Origin: Sedimentisphaerales bacterium
GTDB lineage: Bacteria; Planctomycetota; Phycisphaerae; Sedimentisphaerales; SM23-30
Strand: one strand, 5' to 3'
Assembly: GCA_963666285.1 (NCBI GenBank)
Contig: OY762711.1
DNA length: 64,000 nucleotides
The translations under genes were made by a program, and so were the position numbers. Below the pieces are notes generated by a model, which had not been told where the DNA came from, did not search any database, and saw only the letters and a list, made by a program, of their open reading frames with translations. Within the stretch, counting starts at the first letter, position 1. Each line of letters begins with the position of its first letter. Shown here one piece after another: positions 30,612-41,421 of this stretch.

Positions 30612-30794
30612 AGTGCGGTTTCGCACTTTTGACTGTTCAACATTACACGCAAAGGCCAGAACAGGGCCTTGTGAATGAAAAACTTTATATTTAAATGTAT
30701 TTCCGAGCTAATTCTCGAAAGTACATTTAATTCAAAGCGTTGCAGGAAGGCCCTTTTAGGCGATTTATGCAACTTAAAAACTGCGAAAGTAAAC
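30612..30794 (+). repeat. Dispersed multi-hairpin repeat, copy 3 (simplest form)
   Basis: AGTGCG-GTTT-CGCACT...GGCC..GGCC...CGAG..CTCG...GTTGCA..TGCAAC..AACTGCGAAAGTAAAC. Confidence 0.92.
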
Positions 30795-30915
30795 TTAAAC
30801 AATTAGAGAGAAATACCAGACCAAACAGAAGGTACTGGCTTACCTGAAGAACGTGTACTGACAGAGAATATAGTAAGTAGTTAACGCATCAGTTTGAAAA
30901 GAAAAAGGGGTTAGA

Positions 30916-33900
30916 ATGAGTACAATCATAAGAACATGTTTGCAGGTTTGTATTTTTACAATGCTGATTACATCGCTTAGTTTTGCGGAGGTAATTGTAG
31001 ATACATTCGATGAATCGCATAATTATCTGACCGAGGGAGTAAGCGATACAATCTGGGACGGTTTTATCGGACAGGGAACCGGAGAGACTATAACGGAACT
31101 GAACGCATCGCAGACCGCATCAGGACAATTATACATATCGTCCCAAAACGGCAGATGGGAACCAGGCTGGGTAGATCTTGGCCCGTTTTTATATATAAAC
31201 GTTGAAGGCGATTTCAGCGCAACGGTACGAGTTGTCAGTGCCTCTGCGACAAACTGGAATACCGCCGGGCTGATGGCGCGAGCGGCAACAGACAGCGACG
31301 GTGGAGCGGGAGAGGATTTCGAATCGATAGAGTACTTTAAGGCGATCAGCCAGAATATGGCGAGAACGATTAATAACGGGAGCGAAAATGAGTTTGCCTT
31401 ATCGAGCGACTTTATGCCTTACCTGCGGCTACGCCGGGTAGGAAATGATTTCTATCATGAATACAGCAATGACGGCAGCAACTGGATAGCGATGAGCGGC
31501 TCGCCCATAAGCAGAACAGACCTGGACGGACTTAGCCTGCAGGTCGGCATCCACCATGCCACATATGTAGATACGCTGGGCTATTTCCAGTTTGACGACT
31601 TTGCCATTGAAGTTGAAGACCCAGACAACGAAGCACAGCTCGAGTCACCGGCTGACGGGGCAACAGGCCAGGCAGCTGACGTTACCCTGCAATGGACGGC
31701 AGGAGCTGCGATCGACCCCACCGGCGGGCATGACCTATATATAGGCCAGGATTATGACGAAGTAGAATCAGCAACTCGCAGCAGTCATCCGAACGTTGAT
31801 TATTACAGCCTGGACACAAATTACTATCAGCCGGGGAATCTTACCCCTGGAACAACATATTACTGGCGAGTAGATGAAGTTAATATGCCGGATATCTGGA
31901 AAGGCCAGGTATGGAGCTTTTCGATACTGGGCAGCCAGTCGGCCGGAGCTATACCGGCTGACGGTTCAACCGGCGTGGAAATACTTTCGGTATTGAGCTG
32001 GCAGAATGGGCTGGGAGCGGACAGGCACGATATATTTTTGGCTGAGAGTTATGAAGCTGCCGCTGATGCCGAGAAGTATATGGGTGATATCGATTTTGAC
32101 GGGATTGTAGATATAACTGACCTGGCAGAGCTGGTTAGTAAATGGCTGGGCGGCAGCTGCAGCGGAACTGGCTGTGGTGATATAGAATTGGACGGTAAAA
32201 TTAACCTGCCGGATTTCGCGATGATGGCTAAAGACTGGCAGAAGGTATCGCCAGCTGAGTATAAGGCGAGCCAGCCGGCAACGAATAATACGTATGATCC
32301 CGGACTGCTGAGTCCTGCGACAACATATTACTGGCGGGTAGATGAATATGATTACGATGAAACAGGTTTGAGCAGCGGAAATATATGGAGTTTTACAACA
32401 GCAGCGGACGGACCGCTGGACTTTGGTAATGATAGATTTGACCTTACGTTTGACCTGTCCAGCGGCGGGTTCAGTAAGGTGCAGCGAACCGGTGACAGTT
32501 TCGAGACTAATTTTGTAGGCGAGCCCGGCTGGCTGCTGGGCGATCTTGAGATGACATACCGGATAAACAGCGGCAGCTGGCAAAATGCCAAGACATCGGC
32601 ATCGGACGATAACCGTAAAGTGGCATTGAGCAAAGACGGCGAGGCAACGCTAATTGATGTAACATATCCCACGGCCTCAGCTTTAAGCGGCGGGATAAAA
32701 GATTTTGATATCGAGCAGCAATGGCGGCTGGACGATGGTCATTTGAGCCTGGCAGTAACCATAACCAATACAACCGGCGGCACCCTGGAACTGGGCGACC
32801 TGGCGTTTATGCTGCCGTTTAATACCGATTATAACGGGCTTGATACAGATACGATCCAGACCGGTCGAGTAATACGTCACGGATATTTTTCCGGTCATGG
32901 TTCACATTGCTACTGGACGAGGGTAAACGGCATGCCTGACTTCCTGGTGATGAGTACGCCGGGCAGTGACACACGGTTTGAATACTGGGACAATATCGCC
33001 GACAGTGACGCCGAGTTTCGTGCGTATGTATATTCCGGTGTGGCCGGACCGGCCAGAGCCGGCAACTGGCGGCAGGAACATACGACAAAAGAGCTGGCGG
33101 CAGGCGAAACAATCGAGCTGGGCCTGAGTTTCAGCTGGGCAGAGAGCCTGGCAGAAGTGCGTGAGAGGCTGTACGAAGATGGCGATATAGATATCGAATG
33201 TGTGCCGGGGATGACGATACCGCAGGATCTGCATGCGGTAGTAAAGCTGCGAACAAAACACAATATCGATTCGCTGACGGCAGAGTACCCGGCGGAGACA
33301 ACAATCGAGTACCAGGGTACATCGGATGAAGATACACATTTGTATAAGATATCGTTCGGGCACCTGGGCGAGAATATAATAAAGGTTAACCATAACGGAG
33401 CCGAGCAGACTATACTGGAGTTTTACTGTTGTGAGCCGCTGGAGACCTTGTACAAGAAACGTTCGGCTCATATGACTGACTATGAGCAGGTAGTGAACCC
33501 AAGTGTCTGGTATGACGGTCTGTTTGGCGAATGGGATATGCGAAGCGGTACATTGAGAACACCGGATAATACCGACGGGATGGATTTGCCGTGGTGGATA
33601 TATGTTATATGCTGTGATGACCCGGGCAATGCTCATGCACCGTTTCTCGCAGGAAAAAATGTGCGGTTCCCGGTACAGGCAGAAATTGATGCTCTGGAAT
33701 ATCATATCGAAAATTATATCTGGGGCGGAATGCAGTACACAGATACCGAGGCGTATCCATACGGTATAATTGGTGTGCCGACCTGGGAATATAATCGAGA
33801 GAACGATCCGACGCATTACTGGCGGGTGTTTGACTATCCGCATATTGTGATGATGTATTATCATATGTACGAGATCGCGAAATATTACCCGGATATGGTG

Positions 33901-35079
33901 AACTACCTGGACGCGGACGGATATTTGAACCGGGCATACCAGACGGCATTGAAATATTTCCAGGTAGCAGACGGCTGGGGATACATAGTCGGAACATATA
34001 ACGAGGTTGTTTATGTCGACCTGATAGAATCTCTGCGTGAAGAAGGCTGGACAAGCCAGGCAGATGCCTTGCAGGCGGAATGGGATGAGAAGGTAAAATA
34101 CTTCATCTTCGATAAGGAATATCCATACGGTTCGGAATATGCGATGGACTCGACCGCATTTGAGAGCACTCATGCACTGGTGAAATGGGCGATAGAGAAC
34201 GGCCTGGAGCCGGACGCGGAACATCCGGAGATCGACCAGTCTAGAATCGAAGAATTCATGCACAACCAGATGAAAGCAAACCTGGCAGTTCGAGGGTGTA
34301 TCGAACCGTCATTTTATACCTACGGCAGCGACTATCGCGTATGGGGTCAGGCCCGCTATACATTGAGCTATATGTCGCAAATGGGCGGCTGGGCAGTGCT
34401 GGACTATGCGTTTAACTGGGCGGATGATCCGATAGATTATATCAGACTGGGCTACGGCTCTTACCTGAGTTCATGGGCGTTGATGAACACCGACCCGACC
34501 GGTGCGAATCAATACTGGTATCCATCGGCTAATAATGACGGTGCGATCGGCTGGGCATTCAAGCCTGAGAAGAACGGACCGATATGGCTGCAGGAGCGTA
34601 ACCAGGACCGGGGCATCTGGTATTATAACGGAGAGATTGATCTTGGCCTTTGCGGGGCGCTGCGTATGGCGAAATCGGTGGTGGCAGATGACCCGATATT
34701 CGGCTTGTTTGGTTTCGGCTGCGAGGTAGATCATGCCGGGACTGATTACGAGGTAATATTGAAAGACGGGCTGCGTGAGTGGCTGGTTATGAACAACCTT
34801 GGAATAGAACTGCATCTTAACCGTGACGCCTTTGCGGCCGGTATGCCGGTAGTGATAAGCGAGAGCAAAGACACGTTAAGCTTTACACTGGAGAATGAAA
34901 GGTCGGACAGCCATATAACAACACTGACGATAAGCGGCATGGCAACCGGCAGTTACAGCGTAAAAGTAAACGGGGTAGAACAGACAACATTAACATTCAC
35001 AGATTTGGCTGATTCAGCTTCAATTGATCTTAACATTGGAACAGGATCGACCATTGCGGTCTCAATAACGAAGCTGTAA
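30916..35079 (+). CDS. Large secreted modular protein: ConA-like domain, Ig/FN3-like (YYWRVDE) modules, dockerin-like pair, C-terminal DUF5695-like putative glycoside hydrolase
   Basis: Signal peptide; GDIDFDGIVDITDL..W and GDIELDGKINLPDF..W; YPYGSEYAMDSTAFES, LSYMSQMGGW, EIDLG motifs. Confidence 0.78.
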   Translation: MSTIIRTCLQVCIFTMLITSLSFAEVIVDTFDESHNYLTEGVSDTIWDGFIGQGTGETITELNASQTASGQLYISSQNGRWEPGWVDLGPFLYINVEGDFSATVRVVSASATNWNTAGLMARAATDSDGGAGEDFESIEYFKAISQNMARTINNGSENEFALSSDFMPYLRLRRVGNDFYHEYSNDGSNWIAMSGSPISRTDLDGLSLQVGIHHATYVDTLGYFQFDDFAIEVEDPDNEAQLESPADGATGQAADVTLQWTAGAAIDPTGGHDLYIGQDYDEVESATRSSHPNVDYYSLDTNYYQPGNLTPGTTYYWRVDEVNMPDIWKGQVWSFSILGSQSAGAIPADGSTGVEILSVLSWQNGLGADRHDIFLAESYEAAADAEKYMGDIDFDGIVDITDLAELVSKWLGGSCSGTGCGDIELDGKINLPDFAMMAKDWQKVSPAEYKASQPATNNTYDPGLLSPATTYYWRVDEYDYDETGLSSGNIWSFTTAADGPLDFGNDRFDLTFDLSSGGFSKVQRTGDSFETNFVGEPGWLLGDLEMTYRINSGSWQNAKTSASDDNRKVALSKDGEATLIDVTYPTASALSGGIKDFDIEQQWRLDDGHLSLAVTITNTTGGTLELGDLAFMLPFNTDYNGLDTDTIQTGRVIRHGYFSGHGSHCYWTRVNGMPDFLVMSTPGSDTRFEYWDNIADSDAEFRAYVYSGVAGPARAGNWRQEHTTKELAAGETIELGLSFSWAESLAEVRERLYEDGDIDIECVPGMTIPQDLHAVVKLRTKHNIDSLTAEYPAETTIEYQGTSDEDTHLYKISFGHLGENIIKVNHNGAEQTILEFYCCEPLETLYKKRSAHMTDYEQVVNPSVWYDGLFGEWDMRSGTLRTPDNTDGMDLPWWIYVICCDDPGNAHAPFLAGKNVRFPVQAEIDALEYHIENYIWGGMQYTDTEAYPYGIIGVPTWEYNRENDPTHYWRVFDYPHIVMMYYHMYEIAKYYPDMVNYLDADGYLNRAYQTALKYFQVADGWGYIVGTYNEVVYVDLIESLREEGWTSQADALQAEWDEKVKYFIFDKEYPYGSEYAMDSTAFESTHALVKWAIENGLEPDAEHPEIDQSRIEEFMHNQMKANLAVRGCIEPSFYTYGSDYRVWGQARYTLSYMSQMGGWAVLDYAFNWADDPIDYIRLGYGSYLSSWALMNTDPTGANQYWYPSANNDGAIGWAFKPEKNGPIWLQERNQDRGIWYYNGEIDLGLCGALRMAKSVVADDPIFGLFGFGCEVDHAGTDYEVILKDGLREWLVMNNLGIELHLNRDAFAAGMPVVISESKDTLSFTLENERSDSHITTLTISGMATGSYSVKVNGVEQTTLTFTDLADSASIDLNIGTGSTIAVSITKL

Positions 35080-35096
35080 CGCCATCTAAAAACGGG

Positions 35097-35141
35097 GAAA
35101 ATGCCGACAGTCGCTTTCCGGGCAGTCGGCATTTTCATTTT
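35097..35141 (+). terminator. Intrinsic terminator
   Basis: GAAAATGCCGAC...GTCGGCATTTTC just after the stop. Confidence 0.65.
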
Positions 35142-35150
35142 TAAAGTGAT

Positions 35151-35397
35151 AGTGCAACTTCACACTTTTGGCAATCCAACTTACATGCAAAGACCGGAAC
35201 AGGGCCAATTAAGAGAAAAATGAATAATGAAAATTGAAGGTGTCCCGATGTACGTTGACATCAGGAATAATTCGCTATCGTCTCACGCTAAGTTTAAATT
35301 TGATGTATTTTCTTCTTCGTCAGCCTCGCCCTAACAGCGACATAAATCAGAACAGAAAATATTAAACAGGAGTGCTCTAATAACTGCGAAAGTTAAT
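35151..35397 (+). repeat. Dispersed multi-hairpin repeat, copy 4 (diverged)
   Basis: CCGGAACAGGGCCAATTAAG..AGGTGTCCCGATGTACGTTGACATCAGGAATAATTCGCT..AACTGCGAAAGT; near-identical middle to copy 2. Confidence 0.88.
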
Positions 35398-35568
35398 TTA
35401 TAATATGCAGGCGTAAATTCGAGAAATTTAGGATTGAAATGGTCAAATTGCCAGCATATAATGGAAATCACTGATATCGAATTTTTCAAATGCAACTTGA
35501 TTTAAGCACTGGTTTATAACCATCGTATTTACCAAATCTGGCAGATACAAATTTAAAGGAGCAACATT

Positions 35569-36906
35569 ATGTCTGAAAAAAAGATTGACCGCCGCAGTTT
35601 CCTGGCAACATCAGCCGCCCTATCATCATTCACAATAATCCCGAGCCATGTCCTGGGCGCAGATGGTAATACCGGCGCAAATGGCAAGCTGAATATAGCA
35701 GGCATAGGAATAGGCGGGATGGGCAGCAACAATCTGCATAACCTGGAGAGCGAAAATATAGTAGCATTATGTGATGTAGATCACGGTTATGCCGGGCATG
35801 TTTTCAACCGATATCCAAATGCAAAGCGATACAAAGATTACCGGGAAATGCTGGAAAAGGAAAAGAATATAGATGCCGTGATGATTGCTACCCCCGACCA
35901 TTCTCATGCACATATTACTATCGACTGCATGAAGGCGGGCAAGCATGTTTATTGCCAGAAGCCGCTGACGCATACTCCGTTAGAGGCCCGCAAGGTTAAA
36001 GCAGTAGCCAAGGAAACCGGGGTAGTCACCCAGATGGGTATCCAGGGTCATTCGGCAGAAGGTATCCGTACGATAAGCGAATGGATATGGTCCGGCGCGA
36101 TAGGCAAGGTTGAAAAAGTAGATGCATGGTGTTCGCTGACATATTACCCGGCGAACCAGGCATACTGGTGTACAACAGAGTTGAAGGTTCCAACGGAAAA
36201 GCCTGCGATACCGGATACACTGGACTGGAATTTGTGGATTGGTCCGGCCCCATACCGCGATTATCATCCGACCTACCACCCAGCCAAATGGCGTGCCTGG
36301 TACGATTTCGGCAGCGGCTGGATGGGTGACCGGGGAGTGCATACCTTAGATATAGTATATACCGCATTAAAACTAAAGCTGCCGGAAGTAATCAGTGCCA
36401 CTGCATCAGATATCAATAACCAGGTTCATCCAATCGCTTCAATAGTCAAGTTTTATTTCGGCGAACGGGAAGGAATGGCACCGGTTGAACTGACATGGTA
36501 TGAGGGGCTGGAAGTACCGCGTCCGGACGAGCTGGAAGACGGTCGCAGCCTGCCAAATGAGGGCGGAATACTCTTTAAGGGTGATAAAGGAACAATTATG
36601 TGCGGCATTTACGGCGACAGCCCGCGTATAATCCCGGAAGCGAAAATGAAGGATTTCAAGCAACCTAAGAAGACACTAGCAAGAATTCCTCACAGCCATG
36701 AGATGAACTGGGTAAACGCAATCAAAACAGGCGGCAAAGCAACGGCAGATTTTGAATATTCAGCGGATTTGACAGAATTTGTTTTGCTGGGCAACTATGC
36801 CAAGCGTACAAGGTCAAAGCTATATTACGATGCTGAAAATGCCCGGTTTACTAATAATGACCAGGCAAATGCATTAATGAATAAAACATATCGGACAGGC
36901 TGGTAG
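35569..36906 (+). CDS. Gfo/Idh/MocA family oxidoreductase with Tat signal
   Basis: DRRSFL; GIGIGGMG; ATPDHSH; HVYCQKPL; DRGVH. Confidence 0.93.
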   Translation: MSEKKIDRRSFLATSAALSSFTIIPSHVLGADGNTGANGKLNIAGIGIGGMGSNNLHNLESENIVALCDVDHGYAGHVFNRYPNAKRYKDYREMLEKEKNIDAVMIATPDHSHAHITIDCMKAGKHVYCQKPLTHTPLEARKVKAVAKETGVVTQMGIQGHSAEGIRTISEWIWSGAIGKVEKVDAWCSLTYYPANQAYWCTTELKVPTEKPAIPDTLDWNLWIGPAPYRDYHPTYHPAKWRAWYDFGSGWMGDRGVHTLDIVYTALKLKLPEVISATASDINNQVHPIASIVKFYFGEREGMAPVELTWYEGLEVPRPDELEDGRSLPNEGGILFKGDKGTIMCGIYGDSPRIIPEAKMKDFKQPKKTLARIPHSHEMNWVNAIKTGGKATADFEYSADLTEFVLLGNYAKRTRSKLYYDAENARFTNNDQANALMNKTYRTGW

Positions 36907-37603
36907 TTAAGTTCTCTAATTGACAAGACGGGCAGTTTGAAAGGTACCCGGTGTATATGATTCTGTTTGATAGCTCGGAGGGAAAGTAATGATAATATCA
37001 TAGCACTCGAAGCAGAAACTGCTACAGCAGGTGTAAGAATATATGAAAAAAAATTTTTACTATTTAACATGTGTTTATATAAATACGTAATGTGTAAGAG
37101 ATGATAAAATACTGGTAATACAAACACAATAAAACAGACAAATGCCTCAGCCTTAAATGGAGACAACCTAAATATACGAAGATTAGAATTAATCCACATT
37201 AAGCATAAACTCTTATGGAAAAACAACTAAATTGACCATAAAACCACACCGCACAGAAAAAACTGTCAAACACGCAACAGACTCTCCGCCTATTCAGTCA
37301 GTAATTAAAAACAGCAAAAAAATACCTGTAATAATATAGTCATCCTATATTCTGCTAGATGTCAGGTAAAATTAAAACTCATGTCATGTTAAAATAGTAA
37401 AATTGGGGGCTTTAAGTAATGCCCATTTGTGTAGTATATATCGATTATTCCAGTTTACATGGAATATTGTTTCAGATATGAATGTGTTTTTGTATGTCGG
37501 TATACTATTTTAATTATCCAACGTCTAATTTTATGGTAAAATTCAGTTTGGTTCTAAACATAATAATCTTTATGTAACTGTTTAATATTTGAAAGGAAAA
37601 GGA

Positions 37604-39576
37604 ATGAGAAAGAGTAGATTATTGTATTTACGTCGCTGTTACTGGCATTGACCTTAAACGTTGTCCGGGCAGAGGACCCTGACTATAGCAACGATGCGGA
37701 AAATGCCCAGGTAATTGCAACGGACGGCAGCCATATTTATGGTGAATTAGCGACAAGTGCCGACCAGGACTGGTTTAAGATAACTGCACCGGCACACATG
37801 CGGTATTCGATAACCCTTAAAGGAGAATATGCAGCGGGATACAAAGTTGTAGATATTTTCCAGGCCGATGAGTTTGGCACCCTGTACAAAACATTAAGTG
37901 CAACAGTCTGGAGTAATGATATCCAAAGCAGAACATTTTATATCGAAGAAGACTATGATGTTTTCATAAAGATCTATTACGATGCAGGCGATTATGAATT
38001 TTACGTCCAGAACCTTGGTCAAATACTGCCGGACAATTATTCGACTGACTGCTCAGCCCCGACATATTTAGCCGTTGAAGATGAACCGCAAATCGGGATA
38101 CTGGCACATTATGAAGATGAGTCACTGGAGAGTGACTGGTTTACTTTTGATACAGAACCGCTGCACAAATATGAAATTAATATTACTCGCAGCGACAATG
38201 CCTATGTTAATATCAGGTTATACAACTCTGACTGCGAACAATTAGTTGGCAACAACAGCACCATCACAACAACAAGCTGGTTTGGCGAACCATATAAGAT
38301 TATGGTAACAGGCGATGCTGGTTACCTGGGCTCATATTACACACTCGATATTACAGACCTTGGTTTATATTATGATGATTATTCCAATGTATTTTCAGGA
38401 GCAACAGAGGTACCTGTTAACGGGACAATGATTAATGGTGAGATTGAATTCAGTTCTAACTATCATAGCGATGAAGACTGGTTCAAGTTTACCCCATCAG
38501 TTAACCATCTGTATAGAATTACCCATAAAGGTGAATACAGTAAAGGCTATAAAGTAGTAAAGATTTACCAGATTGATGAATTTGACACCATGCATGAAAC
38601 ACTGAATATAACATGCTGGAGTGACGACATTCAATCCAAGACATTCTTTATCGAAGACCCGGAAGATATATATCTGAAGGTGTATTACGACAATGGTGAA
38701 TACCAGTTTTATCTTGAAGACCTGGGAGCATATACACCAGACGGCACGGAAGACAGCTGCGTGAACCCAGTCGATATAACAGTTAATGCCAGCCCGATAT
38801 CCGGCACATTAAGCCATAATCAAGATGGAAGCCTGGAAAAAGACTGGTATATTTTTGAGACAGAAGCATTACACAAATATGAGATAAGGTATACCAAGAG
38901 CGACAACACATACCTTGATATGAGAATATATAATGCTGACTGCGGCCAGGTAATAGGAAATGGCAACAACCATACGGTTGTAAGCTGGACAGGTGAAGAT
39001 TACAAGATCATGGTAGGCGGTGACGCAGGATACCTTGGCACATATTATACACTGGAAGTTGTAGACCTAGGCATATTTAGCGATGATTATCCAAACACAG
39101 CAGCTCAAGCTGTAGAAATGCCCAAAGACGGAACCCTGATAGACGGCACAGTAAACTACAGTGCAAACTATCACGGTGATGAGGACTGGTTTACCTTTAC
39201 AGCTGCATTAGATGGAACATATACCTTCACCCTGACAGGTGAATATGCTATGGGTTATAAATCAATATACATATACTCTATGGACGGCTATGGCCAGCTG
39301 CATAGTGTTCGCAATACAAGCGTATGGTCAGACAGTATTAATACTTTTGACGTAACCCTGGGAGCAGGCGAAATATATGTAAAAGTATATTATGACCTGG
39401 GCGACTATTCGCTAAGCGTATTGTCTCCAGATCCTCGCTGCGGCGACCTGGATCATCCATACCCTGTCGGAGACGCTAACCAGGATTGTACAGTTGACCT
39501 GACAGACTTTGCACTAATGGCGGCTAACTGGCTGACCTGTTCAGCACCTGGGTGTGAAGAGGAGATAATTGAATAA
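37604..39576 (+). CDS. Secreted protein with 5 PPC-like beta-sandwich repeats and a C-terminal dockerin-like motif; apparent 1-nt frameshift in the signal peptide
   Basis: Five D-W-(F/Y) repeats in A-B-A-B-A order; GDANQDCTVDLTDFALMAANWL; ATG at 37604 (after AAGGA) is out of frame with IIVFTSLLLALTLNVVRA. Confidence 0.78.
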
Positions 39577-39631
39577 CGGATAATAAATATACGAACCGGC
39601 TGAATTGCCAGCCGGAACAAACCCAAAATAT

Positions 39632-39669
39632 AAAGACTGCCTGGAATAGAACCGGACAGTCTTTTTTTT
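39632..39669 (+). terminator. Intrinsic terminator
   Basis: AAAGACTG...CAGTCTTTTTTTT. Confidence 0.65.
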
Positions 39670-39713
39670 GTTAAATCTGGAATTCGGAATACAGTATAGA
39701 TATAATATAACAT

Positions 39714-40667
39714 ATGTTTTTGACCTTGATATTAAATGTAGGATGCGTGTTTCTGATGATGGTGCCCGGTTTTGTCGGTCGGCGTAAAAGCTGGCTGGAC
39801 GATAGCGGGGTATTGTCGATTTCGAAACTAATGCTGTATTTCTTTTACCCATGCCTGATCTTTAGTTCGATAACGAAGAATTATTCGCTGTCGGAGCTTG
39901 GAAGCTCAATCTGGCTTCCGGTTGGTTCGGCGGTGATAATGCTGGCCGGTTACCTGATCGGGCTGATATACTGTATGTTTGACAGGAGCATAAAAGGCGA
40001 AAATAAGCGATCATTTTTGTTTCAGACGACGATGAATAACTACAGTTTTTTTCCACTGGCGATAATACTGTCGATGTATGACAGCAGCCTAGTAGCAGGA
40101 TTGATATTGTCAACACTGGGAGCAGAACTGGTGATGTGGACGGTCGGTATGCTGACGATAAGCGGGCATAAACCAGGCAGAAAATCGCTGGAGGCATTGT
40201 GCAGTCCGCCACTGATGGGAATGTACGCGGCACTGGCGGTACTAGTGGTATTTCATATATTCAAAATCGATCGTTCGATATTTACGGAGCAGGGAACGAT
40301 CGCATTTTATTTCCATAGCACACTGGAAAGGGTGGGAATGGGAACGGTTCCGATTGCGATGACAATTGCCGGGGCAAGAATGGCAGTATTGAAACTGCAT
40401 GATGTACATAACAGGACAGTATATATTCTTTCGGTACTGAGGCTGGCAGTGATACCGCTGGCGACAATCGGGTTGATATACCTAGCACCAATACAAGAAG
40501 ATTATAAGATAATATTGACAATAGTTGCGGTTATGCCGGTAGCGATGAACAGCCTGCTGCTGAACGAGATATATGGCGGTAACCGAGAACTGATAACCGG
40601 CTCGGTTCTGCTGACGCATCTGCTGTCGATCGGGACAATACCGGTGCTGTTATATTATTTTCTATGA
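39714..40667 (+). CDS. AEC family (auxin efflux carrier/membrane transport) protein
   Basis: PCLIF, NYSFFPLAI, SPP, LRLAVIP, MPVAMN; about 10 TM segments. Confidence 0.88.
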   Translation: MFLTLILNVGCVFLMMVPGFVGRRKSWLDDSGVLSISKLMLYFFYPCLIFSSITKNYSLSELGSSIWLPVGSAVIMLAGYLIGLIYCMFDRSIKGENKRSFLFQTTMNNYSFFPLAIILSMYDSSLVAGLILSTLGAELVMWTVGMLTISGHKPGRKSLEALCSPPLMGMYAALAVLVVFHIFKIDRSIFTEQGTIAFYFHSTLERVGMGTVPIAMTIAGARMAVLKLHDVHNRTVYILSVLRLAVIPLATIGLIYLAPIQEDYKIILTIVAVMPVAMNSLLLNEIYGGNRELITGSVLLTHLLSIGTIPVLLYYFL

Positions 40668-40679
40668 AAATAATATAAC

Positions 40680-40905
40680 AAGTGAAGAGTGAAGAACGAA
40701 GAGTTAAGAATTATTGTGTTCGCCTAACGGCTCACGCTTTGTTAAAAACATAAGTGTTGCGGAAGGCCTTTTAGGCGATTTACCAAAGGTAGCTCGTTAT
40801 TTCAACTTAAAAACTGCGAAAGATAACGTATAGTGAGTTAAACGAAGAGTTGAGGTGTCCTGATGTACGTTGACATCAGGAATAATTCGCTATCGCTCAC
40901 GCTTT
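40680..40905 (+). repeat. Dispersed repeat copy 5 (right half) flanked by heptamer and hairpin modules
   Basis: GAAGGCCTTTTAGGCGATTTACCAAAGG..AACTGCGAAAG (40752-40827); AGGTGTCCTGATGTACGTTGACATCAGG (40853). Confidence 0.88.
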
Positions 40906-40950
40906 TTAATTATAATCAAGCTCAATAGAATTGATAAAGAAAGATATAAT

Positions 40951-41421
40951 ATGGAAATCAAACAGATAGGCACGATACATTCGCCATTTATTGAGGCAAG
41001 CGGAACACCGATACAGCCAAAATTTGCCAAAGATGCAAACGGCACAGTTGTGGTAAATGAGGAATATGCCGAAGGATTGAAGGATCTGGACGGTTTTGAA
41101 CGTATATGGCTGATATATTATTTTGACCGGGTAAAGAATGCAAAACTTACAGTTGTGCCGTATATGGATACGGTTGAGCACGGTGTATTTGCCACTCGTT
41201 CGCCAGCGAGACCGAACAAGATAGGCATGTCAGCGGTAAAACTGGAAAAGGTAGAAGGTAACACCCTGCATGTAAGCGGGATAGATATTCTGGATGGAAC
41301 TCCCCTGCTGGATATAAAGCCATATGCGAAACGGATGGACTATTTTGATGTGGAGCGACAAGGCTGGCTGGGCAAAGTCGGCAACCATGAAGGCAAAGCC
41401 GATGACAGGTTCCATAAGTAA
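40951..41421 (+). CDS. trmO: tRNA (N6-threonylcarbamoyladenosine(37)-N6)-methyltransferase TrmO/TsaA family
   Basis: IGTIHSPF, GVFATRSPARPNKIGMS, IDILDGTPLLDIKPY; ATG at 40951. Confidence 0.9.
   Translation: MEIKQIGTIHSPFIEASGTPIQPKFAKDANGTVVVNEEYAEGLKDLDGFERIWLIYYFDRVKNAKLTVVPYMDTVEHGVFATRSPARPNKIGMSAVKLEKVEGNTLHVSGIDILDGTPLLDIKPYAKRMDYFDVERQGWLGKVGNHEGKADDRFHK

Noticed and set aside
31966..34815. Long antisense ORFs (e.g. 32902-34263, 453 aa)
   Set aside because: Shadows of the 1387-aa + strand gene; no recognisable motifs
36907..37600. 700-bp intergenic region as an ncRNA or small gene (ORF 36825-37226 on -)
   Set aside because: AT-rich, no convincing stem, RBS or motif; the ORF overlaps the oxidoreductase end
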